Positions 17,116 to 25,417 of a stretch of DNA of 47,751 bases are shown here, piece by piece. Source of the stretch: an uncultured Thermoanaerobaculia bacterium. GTDB lineage: Bacteria > Acidobacteriota > Thermoanaerobaculia > Multivoradales > JAHEKO01. The translations under genes and the position numbers were made by a program. The DNA lies in contig CAYXXN010000002.1 in the NCBI GenBank assembly GCA_964469055.1, positions 1-47,751 of the forward strand, read 5' to 3'. Under the pieces are notes generated by a model. That model worked only from the letters and a program-made list of their open reading frames with translations. It had not been told where the DNA came from and did not search any database. Every line of letters starts with the position of its first letter. The first letter of the stretch is position 1.

Positions 17116-18468
17116 TTGCCGGAGACCTACACGGTCTCGGAGCTGGCCAGCGAGATCCGCGAGCTGCTCCGTCACGGACTGGGTGGTGTGTGGGTCGCGG
17201 GAGAGATCCAGCGGCTGCGGCCGGGCCGCAACGGTCACCTGTTCTTCGAGCTGGTGGAGAAGGGTGAGGGCGACGACGTCGTTGGGCGCCTCGAGGCCGT
17301 CCTCTGGCGGACGGATCACCTCGCCGTGCGCCGGGCGCTGGCGCGCTCGGGACAGACGCTGGTCGACGGGCTGCACGTGCGCTGCTGGGCCAGCCCTGAT
17401 GTCTACCCACCTTCCGGCCGCCTGCAGCTCGCCGTGCGCGAGGTCGACCCGGCCTTTGGTCTTGGCCTATTGGCGGCCCGGCGGCGCGAAACGCTGGCGG
17501 CCCTCGCCGCCGCAGGCCTCACCGAGCGCAACGCGGCCTTGCCCCTAGCCGCGGCGCCGATGGCCATCGCCCTGGTGACGGCCGTGGGCAGCGCGGCCTA
17601 CCACGATTTCCTCTCGACGCTGGCGGAGAGCGGCTGGGCGTTCCGAGTGGTGGCGATCGACGCGGCCGTGCAGGGGCTCGACGCCGAGAGGGCCATCGCC
17701 TCGGCCTTGGCCGCCGCGGGCGAGCTGCCCGTGGACGCCATCGCTCTCGTTCGCGGCGGCGGCGCCAAGAGCGACCTCGCCGCCTTCGATAGCCGGCGGG
17801 TGGCGGAAGCGGTGGCGCGGTCCCCATGGCCGGTGGTGACGGGTCTCGGGCACGAGATCGACGAGTCGATCGCCGATCGCGTGGCCCATACGGCCTTGAA
17901 GACTCCGACGCGGGCCGCGGAATTCCTGGTGACGCGGGTCGAGACCGCCCATCGCGAGTTGTTGCGACTCGAGCGCGAGCTAGCCCTGGCGGCGGCAGGA
18001 GAGCTCGCAACGGCCCGCGGCCGCCTCGCCGGCGCGGAGCGCGCCGCCACCGCTGTCCGGGTGCGCCTGGCGCACGCCGCCGGCCGCATCGAGCGGCTCG
18101 CCGATCTGCTGGGGCGGGAGGCTCGCCGCGCTCCGCATCGCCTGGCGGCGGACCTGCGGCGGCTCGGGGCGCGCCTGGCCGTCGCCGCGCCGCGCGTTCT
18201 GGGGCGCCGGCGCGACGCCCCGGCCAGTACCGGCCTCCGGATCGGCCGCGCGGCGGAAGCGCGCCTGCGGCTGCTGGGCGCGCGCCTCGACGCCTGCGCC
18301 CGACTCCGTGTCGAGCTGGGCCCCGAGCGGGTTCTCGCGCGAGGCTTCAGCATCACTCGGCAGGCGACGGGGCGGCTGCTGCGGGAGGTGCGACAGGTAC
18401 AGCCGGGTGATCGGATCACGACTGAGCTCGCCGGTGGCCGGCTGGCCAGTCGAGTGGAGGAAGCATGA
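17116..18468 (+). CDS. xseA: exodeoxyribonuclease VII large subunit
   Basis: N-terminal OB fold (YTVSELASEIRELL...VWVAGEI...GHLFFEL), a catalytic core, and a long C-terminal coiled coil. xseB overlaps its stop (ATGA). The start is uncertain: TTG 17116 is the first plausible start after the upstream gene's stop, and the ORF-track start at 16846 overlaps that gene. Confidence 0.85.
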   Translation: MPETYTVSELASEIRELLRHGLGGVWVAGEIQRLRPGRNGHLFFELVEKGEGDDVVGRLEAVLWRTDHLAVRRALARSGQTLVDGLHVRCWASPDVYPPSGRLQLAVREVDPAFGLGLLAARRRETLAALAAAGLTERNAALPLAAAPMAIALVTAVGSAAYHDFLSTLAESGWAFRVVAIDAAVQGLDAERAIASALAAAGELPVDAIALVRGGGAKSDLAAFDSRRVAEAVARSPWPVVTGLGHEIDESIADRVAHTALKTPTRAAEFLVTRVETAHRELLRLERELALAAAGELATARGRLAGAERAATAVRVRLAHAAGRIERLADLLGREARRAPHRLAADLRRLGARLAVAAPRVLGRRRDAPASTGLRIGRAAEARLRLLGARLDACARLRVELGPERVLARGFSITRQATGRLLREVRQVQPGDRITTELAGGRLASRVEEA

Positions 18469-18725
18469 GCGAGCCCCGCGAGCCCACCTTCGGCGAGGCG
18501 ATGGAGCAGCTCGAGGCCATCCTGCGACGGGTCGAGGGCGAGGAGATCGACATCGACGAGCTCGCCCGCGAGCTGCAGCGCGCGGCACGGCTGCTCGAGC
18601 TCGCCCGCGGCAAGATCCGCCGCGCCGAGACCGAGGTGAGTCAGATCCTGCAGACCCTCGAGCGCGTCCAGGGGGATGACGGCCCGGAGGGCGAGTCGGG
18701 CCCCGGCGAGGACCTGCCTTCCTGA
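18465..18725 (+). CDS. xseB: exodeoxyribonuclease VII small subunit
   Basis: 86 aa. FGEAMEQLEAILRRVE...IDIDEL helical hairpin typical of XseB. ATGA overlap with xseA. Confidence 0.9.
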   Translation: MSEPREPTFGEAMEQLEAILRRVEGEEIDIDELARELQRAARLLELARGKIRRAETEVSQILQTLERVQGDDGPEGESGPGEDLPS

Positions 18726-19564
18726 GCATCTTCCGCCCCTCGGGGTCTGCCGTCTGCCCGAGCTGCGGCCGGCTGGTCGCGGCCGCCGCCGATCGCTGCC
18801 CGCACTGCGGGCGGCTCGCCCCTGGCCTGTGGGGCGGCGCCCGGCTCCTGCAGCGCCTGGGCGGCGACCTCGGGCTCGCCAACCTGGTGACCGCGGCCTG
18901 CGTGCTCCTCTACGCCGCGGCGCTGGCGCTCGACTGGCGAGGGATCGGCATGACCGGCCTCGGTCTGCTCGCTCCGTCCCCGCCCGTCCAGGTTCAGCTC
19001 GGCGCGAGCGGCCGGTTGCCGGTGTTCGATTTGGGCCGCTGGTGGACGGTACTTTCAGCAGGCTGGCTCCACGGCAGCTTGCTCCATATCGGTTTCAACC
19101 TCATGTGGGTGCGCCAGTTGGCGCCAGCTGTGGCGCGCCTCTACGGTGCCGGTCGGGCGACGCTCATTTACGTGGTTTCGGGTGCGACAGGTTTCCTCCT
19201 CACCAGCGTCGTGGGCGCCTTCTCGCCGTTTCGTGTTCCCATCCTGCGCGGTGCCGACGTTACCCTCGGCGCCTCGGCGGCGATCTTTGGCTTGCTCGGA
19301 GCGCTCATCGTCTATGGCCGCCGCACCGGCCGCGGTGGTCTGGGTCAGCAATTCTGGATCTGGGCGGGGAGCATGTTGCTGCTCTCGTTTTTCCTGCCCA
19401 TCGACAACTTCGCGCACCTAGGAGGCTTCCTGGGCGGCTACGTGGCCGCGCGCCTGCTCGATCCACTGCAGGACGAGAAGCCGGAGCACGTGTTGGCCGC
19501 TCTTCTCGGTTTGGTGCTATCGGCGGTGGCCATCGCGGCCTCCCTGCTCGTGCCGTTGGCCTGA
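18722..19564 (+). CDS. rhomboid family intramembrane serine protease with N-terminal zinc ribbon (start uncertain)
   Basis: Rhomboid motifs WLHGSLLHIGFNLMWV, GASAAIFGLLGA (GxSxxxxG, catalytic Ser) and AHLGGFLGG (catalytic His). The first canonical start is GTG 18887. The in-frame upstream sequence encodes CPSCG-x9-CPHCG with no ATG/GTG/TTG, and CTG 18722 overlaps the xseB stop. Confidence 0.75.
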   Translation: MSIFRPSGSAVCPSCGRLVAAAADRCPHCGRLAPGLWGGARLLQRLGGDLGLANLVTAACVLLYAAALALDWRGIGMTGLGLLAPSPPVQVQLGASGRLPVFDLGRWWTVLSAGWLHGSLLHIGFNLMWVRQLAPAVARLYGAGRATLIYVVSGATGFLLTSVVGAFSPFRVPILRGADVTLGASAAIFGLLGALIVYGRRTGRGGLGQQFWIWAGSMLLLSFFLPIDNFAHLGGFLGGYVAARLLDPLQDEKPEHVLAALLGLVLSAVAIAASLLVPLA

Positions 19565-19574
19565 GCTGAAGCCG

Positions 19575-20003
19575 ATGACGACCGTGCGGATCCCGGCCGC
19601 GAGCCTCGAGGCGATCCGCCGCCACGCCGAGGCGAGCCGACCCGAGGAGTGCTGCGGCATTCTGCTGGGCGAGCCGTCGGCGCGCGGCCCCCGCGTCGCG
19701 GAGGCGGTGCCAGTACGCAACGCCGCCGGAGGAGATCGGCGGAAGGTCTACGCGATCGAGCCCCGCGACCTGCTGGCCGCGGCCAAGCGGGCGCGCGCCC
19801 TCGGCCTCGACATCGTCGGTTACTATCACTCGCATCCCGAGGGCCCGTCCCGGCCGAGCGAACGCGACGGCGAGCACGCCTGGCCGCAGGCGAGCTACTT
19901 GATCCTGGGGCTCGGTGAGGGCGGTGCGCCGCGGAGCTGGCGGCTGCGGCCCGGAACCATGGAGTTTGAGGAAGAGCCGCTGGACATCGAGAGCGTTCGA
20001 TGA
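19575..20003 (+). CDS. JAMM/MPN+ family metallopeptidase (Mov34/Prok-JAB type)
   Basis: EECCGILLG followed by the HSHPEGPSRPSERD (HxH-x7-S-x2-D) zinc motif. 142 aa. ATGA overlap with the downstream E1-like gene. Confidence 0.85.
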   Translation: MTTVRIPAASLEAIRRHAEASRPEECCGILLGEPSARGPRVAEAVPVRNAAGGDRRKVYAIEPRDLLAAAKRARALGLDIVGYYHSHPEGPSRPSERDGEHAWPQASYLILGLGEGGAPRSWRLRPGTMEFEEEPLDIESVR

Positions 20004-21154
20004 AGCCGGAAGAGCAGGTGTCCCTCTCCGCGAGCGAGCTCGCTCGCTACGGCCGGCAGCTCGTGCTCCCGGAGGTGGGACGTCAAGGGCAGGAGCGACT
20101 CAAGGCCGCTCGTGTCCTGCTCGTCGGGGCGGGCGGTCTCGGCTCGCCGGCCACCCTCTACCTGGCAGCCGCCGGGGTCGGGCGCCTCACCCTCGTTGAC
20201 CCGGACCGGGTGGATCGCTCGAACCTCCACCGCCAGATCCTCTACGGCGAATCCGATGTCGGCCGTCCCAAGCTCGAGGTGGCCGCCGCTCGGCTGCGCG
20301 AGACCAACCCCCACGTCGAGGTGCGCGCGGTCGCCGAGCGCTTCGGCGCGGCGAACGCGGCCGCCCTGGTGGCCGACCACGACGTCGTCGTCGACGGGAC
20401 CGACAACTTCACCGCCCGCTACCTGGTCAACGACGCCTGCGTGCTGGCCGGCAAGCCGAACGTCTTCGGGTCCGTCCTGCGCTTCGAGGGGCAGGTGTCG
20501 GTGTTCTGGGCGCCGCGGGGACCGTGCTACCGCTGCCTTTTCCCGGAGCCGCCGCCGGTGGGCCTCGTGCCCTCGTGCGCCGAGGCGGGCGTGCTGGGGG
20601 CACTGCCGGGGATCGTCGGCGCGCTGCAGGCGAACGAGGCGTTGAAGCTCCTGCTGGGCGTCGGCGAACCGCTCATCGGCCGCTTCCTCGTCTTCGACGC
20701 CCTGGCCCTGCGCTTCCGCGAGGTCACCCTGCCGAAATCGCCGAGCTGTCCCATCTGCTCCGCGCGCCCGACGCTGACGGAGCTGATCGAGATCGAGGCT
20801 GCCTGCGAGGCGCCGGCGGCTGGAGTGGAGGAGGTCCCGATGGACGTCACGCCGCCAGAGCTCAAGCAGTGGCAGGACGAGGGGCGCGGCTTCGTCCTGC
20901 TCGACGTACGCACGCCGCAGGAGCACTCCCTGGCGAGCATCCCGGGGGCCCGCCTGATCCCGCTGCAGGAGCTCGCCCGGCGGGTGGAGGAGCTCGATCG
21001 CGAAGCCGACATCGTCGTCCACTGCCACCACGGCCAGCGGTCCGAGCGCGCCGCCGCCTTCCTCCGCGGTCAGGGCTTCGCCACGGTGCGCAACCTGGTG
21101 GGTGGGATCGACGCCTGGAGCGAGCAGGTCGACCCCGGCGTGCCCCGCTACTGA
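20000..21154 (+). CDS. moeB: MoeB/ThiF-family adenylyltransferase fused to a C-terminal rhodanese domain (MoeZ-like)
   Basis: YGRQLVLPEVG, GAGGLGSP nucleotide loop, two CxxC pairs (CYRC, CPIC), PSCAEAGVLG. C-terminal rhodanese with the active-site loop CHHGQRS. Confidence 0.88.
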   Translation: MKPEEQVSLSASELARYGRQLVLPEVGRQGQERLKAARVLLVGAGGLGSPATLYLAAAGVGRLTLVDPDRVDRSNLHRQILYGESDVGRPKLEVAAARLRETNPHVEVRAVAERFGAANAAALVADHDVVVDGTDNFTARYLVNDACVLAGKPNVFGSVLRFEGQVSVFWAPRGPCYRCLFPEPPPVGLVPSCAEAGVLGALPGIVGALQANEALKLLLGVGEPLIGRFLVFDALALRFREVTLPKSPSCPICSARPTLTELIEIEAACEAPAAGVEEVPMDVTPPELKQWQDEGRGFVLLDVRTPQEHSLASIPGARLIPLQELARRVEELDREADIVVHCHHGQRSERAAAFLRGQGFATVRNLVGGIDAWSEQVDPGVPRY

Positions 21155-21191
21155 GGCGGACGGGCGCAAAGGCGCGTGGCTCTGGGCGCAG

Positions 21192-21911
21192 CTAGTCGAC
21201 CATCGGCCAGTCGGCAGTGCCATAGGTCAGCGGTCGGGCAGCGAGCGATTCTTCCTCGCGCCAGGCGATGCTGCCGTCGGCATAGCGCTCGCGCTTCCAG
21301 ATCGGCACCTCGCGCTTGAGCCGCTCGAGGAGCTCGCGGCTGGCGCTGTAGGCTGCCGAGCGGCGCTGCGAGGCAGCGGCGATGGCGACGGTGACCTCGC
21401 CCACTCCCACGGTGCCGAGACGGTGGACGATCGCCAGCCGCGCTCCGGGATGCGCGGCGTCGACCTCGGAGAGGATGCGCTCGAGGGCCGCGAGGGCCAT
21501 CGGCCGGTAGGCGTCGTAGTCGAGCCCCACGACGCGCCGACCGTCGCGTTGGTCGCGCACCCGCCCGACGAAGAGCACGGTCGCGCCGCAGCCCGGATCC
21601 GTCACTCGCTCGAGGAGGCCGGCGACGTCGATCGGCCCGTCGGTGAGGGCGACGCTCGCGCCGCTCGCGTTCCCGCCGGACACCGGCGGCAGGAGGGCAA
21701 CCTCGGCCCCCTCCGTCAAGTGCCGTTCGCCGGTGATGATCTCGCCGTCGACGGCGATCGCCAAGCGCGGCCAGAGGGCGGCGAGCGCCGGTCGCTCGGC
21801 CTCGAGCGCGGCGCGCAGCTCCCCGAGGGTGCCGTGAGCGAGGGCGACGTCGCGCTCGGCGGCACCCAGCGCCTCGCGCGCCGAGGCGAAGGCGAGAACG
21901 CGGACGTTCAC
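21192..21911 (-). CDS. moaE: fused molybdopterin synthase small (MoaD) and large (MoaE) subunits
   Basis: The first ~80 aa are MoaD/ThiS-like and end LLPPVSGG. A short linker follows, then MoaE motifs GATVLFVGRVRD, VGEVTVAIAAAS.RR and EVPIWKRE. GTG start. Confidence 0.85.
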   Translation of the reverse strand: MNVRVLAFASAREALGAAERDVALAHGTLGELRAALEAERPALAALWPRLAIAVDGEIITGERHLTEGAEVALLPPVSGGNASGASVALTDGPIDVAGLLERVTDPGCGATVLFVGRVRDQRDGRRVVGLDYDAYRPMALAALERILSEVDAAHPGARLAIVHRLGTVGVGEVTVAIAAASQRRSAAYSASRELLERLKREVPIWKRERYADGSIAWREEESLAARPLTYGTADWPMVD

Positions 21912-21917
21912 GGCTGG

Positions 21918-21923
21918 ATTGTA
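21918..21923 (-). promoter_or_regulatory. -10 box candidate (TACAAT) for leaderless moaDE transcript
   Basis: The minus strand reads TACAAT, 6 nt upstream of the GTG start at 21911. Confidence 0.35.
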
Positions 21924-21972
21924 CCGGCCGGGACGGTTGGGCGCTGACGGCTGCCGGCTCGCTCGGCTCCCC

Positions 21973-21978
21973 TATAAT
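21973..21978 (+). promoter_or_regulatory. -10 box candidate (TATAAT)
   Basis: Perfect TATAAT in GC-rich intergenic DNA, 18 nt upstream of ATG 21997. No good -35 seen. Confidence 0.35.
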
Positions 21979-21996
21979 GCCGTGGCCCCGAACCTC

Positions 21997-23661
21997 ATGG
22001 CAGTCCTCGAGAGCCGGCTCCGCCAGGACGACGCCTACCGGCGGCGGCTGGACCACTGGCGGGAGCAGCTGGCGGAGATCCGGACCGAGGAGGCGGCGCT
22101 GCGCGAGGGCGGTGGTACCCCGGCGCAGGAAGCGCAGCGCGCCAGGGGCAAGATGACGGCTCGCGAGCGCATCGCGGCGCTTTGCGATCCGGGGTCGTCG
22201 TTCCTCGAGTTGGGTCTGTGGGCCGCGCACGGCCTCTACGAGGAGCACGGCGGCGCGCCGGCGGCCGGGGTGGTCGTGGGCCTCGGCACGATCCACGGCC
22301 GCGATGTCCTGGTCGTGGCCGATGACGCCACCGTCAAGGCGGGCGCGAAGTTCCCGCTCGGCATCAAGAAGGTGCTGCGCGCCCAGGAAATCGCGCTCGA
22401 GAACCGACTGCCGGCGATCTATCTCGTCGACTCGGCGGGCGTCTTCCTGCCGATGCAGGACGAGATCTTCCCCGACAAGGAGCACTACGGCCGGATCTTC
22501 TTCAACAACGCGCGGCTCTCCGCCGAGGGCGTCTTCCAGATGGCCGCCATCATGGGACCCTGTGTCGCGGGTGGTGCCTACCTGCCGATCATGAGCGACG
22601 AGGCGCACATCGTGGAGGGGACGGGCTCGATCTTCCTCGCCGGCCCGCACCTGGTGAAGGCGGCGATCGGGGAGGAGATCGAAGCGGAGGAGTTGGGTGG
22701 GGCCCTGGTGCAGTGCGACGTGTCGGGTGTGGTCGACCACCGCCATGCGGACGACGCTTCCTGCCTGGCCAAGATGCGCTCGCAGTTCGCGCAGCTCGCC
22801 GCTGTCGAGCGGGCGGCCTTCGCCAGGCGCGAGCCCCGCGCGCCGCTCTACCCGGCCGAGGAGATCGCCGGAGCGCTCCCCATCGATCGGAGCCGGCCCT
22901 ACGACACCCGCGAGCTGCTGGCCCGCCTGCTCGACGGCTCCGAGCTGGACGAGTACAAGGCGACCTATGGCGAGACCCTGATCTGCGGCACCGGCTGGAT
23001 CGAGGGCTGGGCGGTCGGTGTCGTGGCCAACCAGCGCTCGATCGTCGCCCGTCGCACCGGCACGGGCGCCAAGGACAAGGAACTGCAGATCGGTGGCGTC
23101 CTCTACTCGGAGTCGGCCGACAAGGGGGCGCGCTTCGTCGAGCTGTGCAACCAGAAGGGGATGCCGCTCCTCTTCCTCCAAGACGTGACCGGTTTCATGG
23201 TGGGCAGCCGCGCCGAGCGCGGAGGCATCATCAAGGACGGCGCCAAGATGGTCAACGCCGTCGCCAACTCGGTGGTGCCGAAGCTGACGATCTTCGTCGG
23301 CAACTCCTACGGCGCCGGCAACTACGCGATGTGCGGCAAGGCTTACGGCGCTCGTTTCCTCTACGCCTGGCCCTCGGCGGCGATCGCCGTGATGGGGGGC
23401 GATCAAGCCTCGCAGACCCTACTCTCGATCCAGCTCAGGAAGCGAGGCGACGCGGTGTCCGCGGCGGAGAAGGCCGAGCGCCTGGCGACGATCCAGGCCC
23501 GCTACGCCGCCGCGATGGACCCCCGCTACGCCGCGGCCCGCCTGTGGGTCGACGCCTTGATCGACCCCGCGGAGACGCGCACCGTCGTCGCCCGCTCGCT
23601 CGCCGCGGCGGCCTGCAACCCGCGGCTCCCGGAGTTCAAGACCGGGGTGCTGCAGACCTAG
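21997..23661 (+). CDS. acyl-CoA carboxylase carboxyltransferase (beta) subunit, methylcrotonyl/geranyl-CoA carboxylase type
   Basis: RGKMTARERIAALCDPGSSFLELG, DATVKAG, GPCVAGGAYLP and a duplicated crotonase-like CT fold. ATG 21997 is preferred over 21919, which would leave only 7 nt to the divergent moaDE start. Confidence 0.88.
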   Translation: MAVLESRLRQDDAYRRRLDHWREQLAEIRTEEAALREGGGTPAQEAQRARGKMTARERIAALCDPGSSFLELGLWAAHGLYEEHGGAPAAGVVVGLGTIHGRDVLVVADDATVKAGAKFPLGIKKVLRAQEIALENRLPAIYLVDSAGVFLPMQDEIFPDKEHYGRIFFNNARLSAEGVFQMAAIMGPCVAGGAYLPIMSDEAHIVEGTGSIFLAGPHLVKAAIGEEIEAEELGGALVQCDVSGVVDHRHADDASCLAKMRSQFAQLAAVERAAFARREPRAPLYPAEEIAGALPIDRSRPYDTRELLARLLDGSELDEYKATYGETLICGTGWIEGWAVGVVANQRSIVARRTGTGAKDKELQIGGVLYSESADKGARFVELCNQKGMPLLFLQDVTGFMVGSRAERGGIIKDGAKMVNAVANSVVPKLTIFVGNSYGAGNYAMCGKAYGARFLYAWPSAAIAVMGGDQASQTLLSIQLRKRGDAVSAAEKAERLATIQARYAAAMDPRYAAARLWVDALIDPAETRTVVARSLAAAACNPRLPEFKTGVLQT

Positions 23662-23668
23662 GACGTGG

Positions 23669-23965
23669 CTACAGCTCCAGTAGGGAGTCGAGCGATCCGA
23701 AGCGGTTGGCCACCAGCTTGTCGGCCTGCGGATCGTTGAGCCAGCGTTCGCTGTCGATGAGATACCGGAAGCGATACGACTGCCCGGCCTCGAGCGTGAC
23801 CGTCGTGCTGTAGGTGCCGTCCTTGCGCCGAGTGAGGGGGTTTGCCTCGACGTTCCAGTCGTTGAAATCGCCGAGCAGTGCCGCGCCGACCTGAACCTCT
23901 CCGGCGGCCACGCGGAAGGTCACCTTGCAGGAGGTCTCCTTCTTCGAGAAGGTCTTTTGGATCAT
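23669..23965 (-). CDS. stand-alone CBM48 / isoamylase N-terminal (early set, AMPK-beta glycogen-binding-like) domain protein
   Basis: 98 aa. VTFRV....V.LLGDFNDWN......L.R..DGTYS..V.L..G.Y.FRYLID pattern typical of the CBM48/E-set domain. Confidence 0.7.
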   Translation of the reverse strand: MIQKTFSKKETSCKVTFRVAAGEVQVGAALLGDFNDWNVEANPLTRRKDGTYSTTVTLEAGQSYRFRYLIDSERWLNDPQADKLVANRFGSLDSLLEL

Positions 23966-23991
23966 GCCGTCGAGGCCGTGGCGTGTGAGCG

Positions 23992-23997
23992 ATTATA
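23992..23997 (-). promoter_or_regulatory. -10 box candidate (TATAAT on minus strand)
   Basis: ATTATA on the plus strand reads TATAAT on the minus strand, 26 nt upstream of ATG 23965. Confidence 0.3.
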
Positions 23998-24024
23998 ACT
24001 GTCGCCTGAGGGCTCCGACCCCCG

Positions 24025-24033
24025 TGCTATCGT
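24025..24033 (+). promoter_or_regulatory. extended -10 promoter candidate (TGcTATCGT)
   Basis: TG-n-TATCGT, 12 nt upstream of the atuA ATG at 24046. Confidence 0.35.
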
Positions 24034-24045
24034 CCCCCGCGCCCA

Positions 24046-25413
24046 ATGAGGACGGTGCGCATCGGCAACGGCCAGGGCTTCTGGGGCGACAACGTCGATG
24101 CCCCTGTCGAGCTGCTGCGCGGCGGGCCGATCGACTACATCGGCATGGATTACCTCGCCGAGGTAACCCTGTCGATCATGATGCGCCAGAAGCTGCGCAG
24201 CCCGGACCTCGGCTACGCGACCGACTTCATCGACTTCGTGCGGCGCGTGCTGCCGGAGCTGAAGGAGCGCAACGTCCGGGTCATCGCCAACGCGGGAGGC
24301 CTGAACCCTCGCGCCTGCCGCGCCAAAGTCTTCGAGGTGGCGCGGCGCCTGGGCGTCGCCGGCGTCCGGGTGGGAGTGGTGGAGGGCGACGACGTGCTCT
24401 CCCGCTTGCCGCGGCTGATCGCGGCCGGCCACCCGCTCGCCAACATGGACAGTGGCGCTCCCATGGCCGGCATCCTCGACCGCGTTACTTCCGCCAACGC
24501 CTACCTCGGCGCCTGGCCCGTGGTGGAAGCCCTGCGCCAGGACGCTCTCATCGTCCTCTGCGGGCGCGTGACGGACACCGCGCTCGCGCTGGCGCCGATG
24601 ATCCACGAGTTCGGCTGGGGTAGGGAGGACTGGGATCTCCTCGCCGCCGGCACGATCGCCGGCCACATCATCGAGTGCGGCGCCCAGTGCACGGGGGGCA
24701 ACTTCAGCCGCTTCTGGGAGGTGCCGGACCTGTGGAACGCCGGCTACCCGATCGTCGAGGCCGGCCCCGACGGCAGCTTCACGGTCACCAAGCACCCGGG
24801 CACCGGCGGCCTGGTCACGATCGACACGATCGCCGAGCAGCTGGTCTACGAGATGGGCGATCCGGCGGAGTACGTGACGCCCGACGTGACGGCCGACTTC
24901 ACGACCATCGACCTCGCCCAGGAGGCCGCCGACCGCGTGCGGGTGACCGGGATCCGTGGCCGCCCGCGGACGCCGTTCCTCAAGGTCTCGGCCACCTACC
25001 TCGACGGCTTCAAGACGACGGGCCAGATCACCCTGTCGGGCCCGCGCGCCGTCGACAAGGCGCGGCTCGCGGCCGACATCGTCTGGAAGCGCCTCGAGCG
25101 CGCCGGCGTCGCCTTCCCGCCGGAGCGGCGGATCGAGGGGCTTGTGGGGATGGGGGCCTGCCTGCCGGGAATCCTGCTCGCCCCCGAGGACCCGCCGGAG
25201 GTGGTGTTGCGGCTGGGGGTTCACGACGCCGAGAGGGAGCGGGTAGAGCGCTTCGGCAAGGAGATCGCGCCCCTGGTGACGGCCGGACCGCCGGGAGTGA
25301 CCGGCTTCGCCGGCGGCCGCCCGAAGCCCCAAGAGGTGGTCGCCTACTGGCCCGCGCTCCTCGCCCGCGAGGAGGTCGAGCGCTCCGTCGAGGTAACGGT
25401 CGAGGAGGTGTAG
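24046..25413 (+). CDS. atuA: acyclic terpene utilisation AtuA family protein (DUF1446 part)
   Basis: N-terminus MRTVRIGNGQGFWGD..D.PVELL...IDYIGMDYLAEVT and HIIECGAQCTGGN are characteristic of AtuA/DUF1446. Confidence 0.8.
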   Translation: MRTVRIGNGQGFWGDNVDAPVELLRGGPIDYIGMDYLAEVTLSIMMRQKLRSPDLGYATDFIDFVRRVLPELKERNVRVIANAGGLNPRACRAKVFEVARRLGVAGVRVGVVEGDDVLSRLPRLIAAGHPLANMDSGAPMAGILDRVTSANAYLGAWPVVEALRQDALIVLCGRVTDTALALAPMIHEFGWGREDWDLLAAGTIAGHIIECGAQCTGGNFSRFWEVPDLWNAGYPIVEAGPDGSFTVTKHPGTGGLVTIDTIAEQLVYEMGDPAEYVTPDVTADFTTIDLAQEAADRVRVTGIRGRPRTPFLKVSATYLDGFKTTGQITLSGPRAVDKARLAADIVWKRLERAGVAFPPERRIEGLVGMGACLPGILLAPEDPPEVVLRLGVHDAERERVERFGKEIAPLVTAGPPGVTGFAGGRPKPQEVVAYWPALLAREEVERSVEVTVEEV

Positions 25414-25417
25414 CGGC

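Noticed and set aside
23984-24006. TGTGA half-site and AT-rich near-palindrome GCGATTATAACTGTCGC, considered as a second CRP-type operator in the CBM48/atuA intergenic region.
   Set aside because: The partner half-site is ATAAC rather than TCACA, and the repeat is imperfect. The AT-rich core is better explained as the -10 element (TATAAT on the minus strand).
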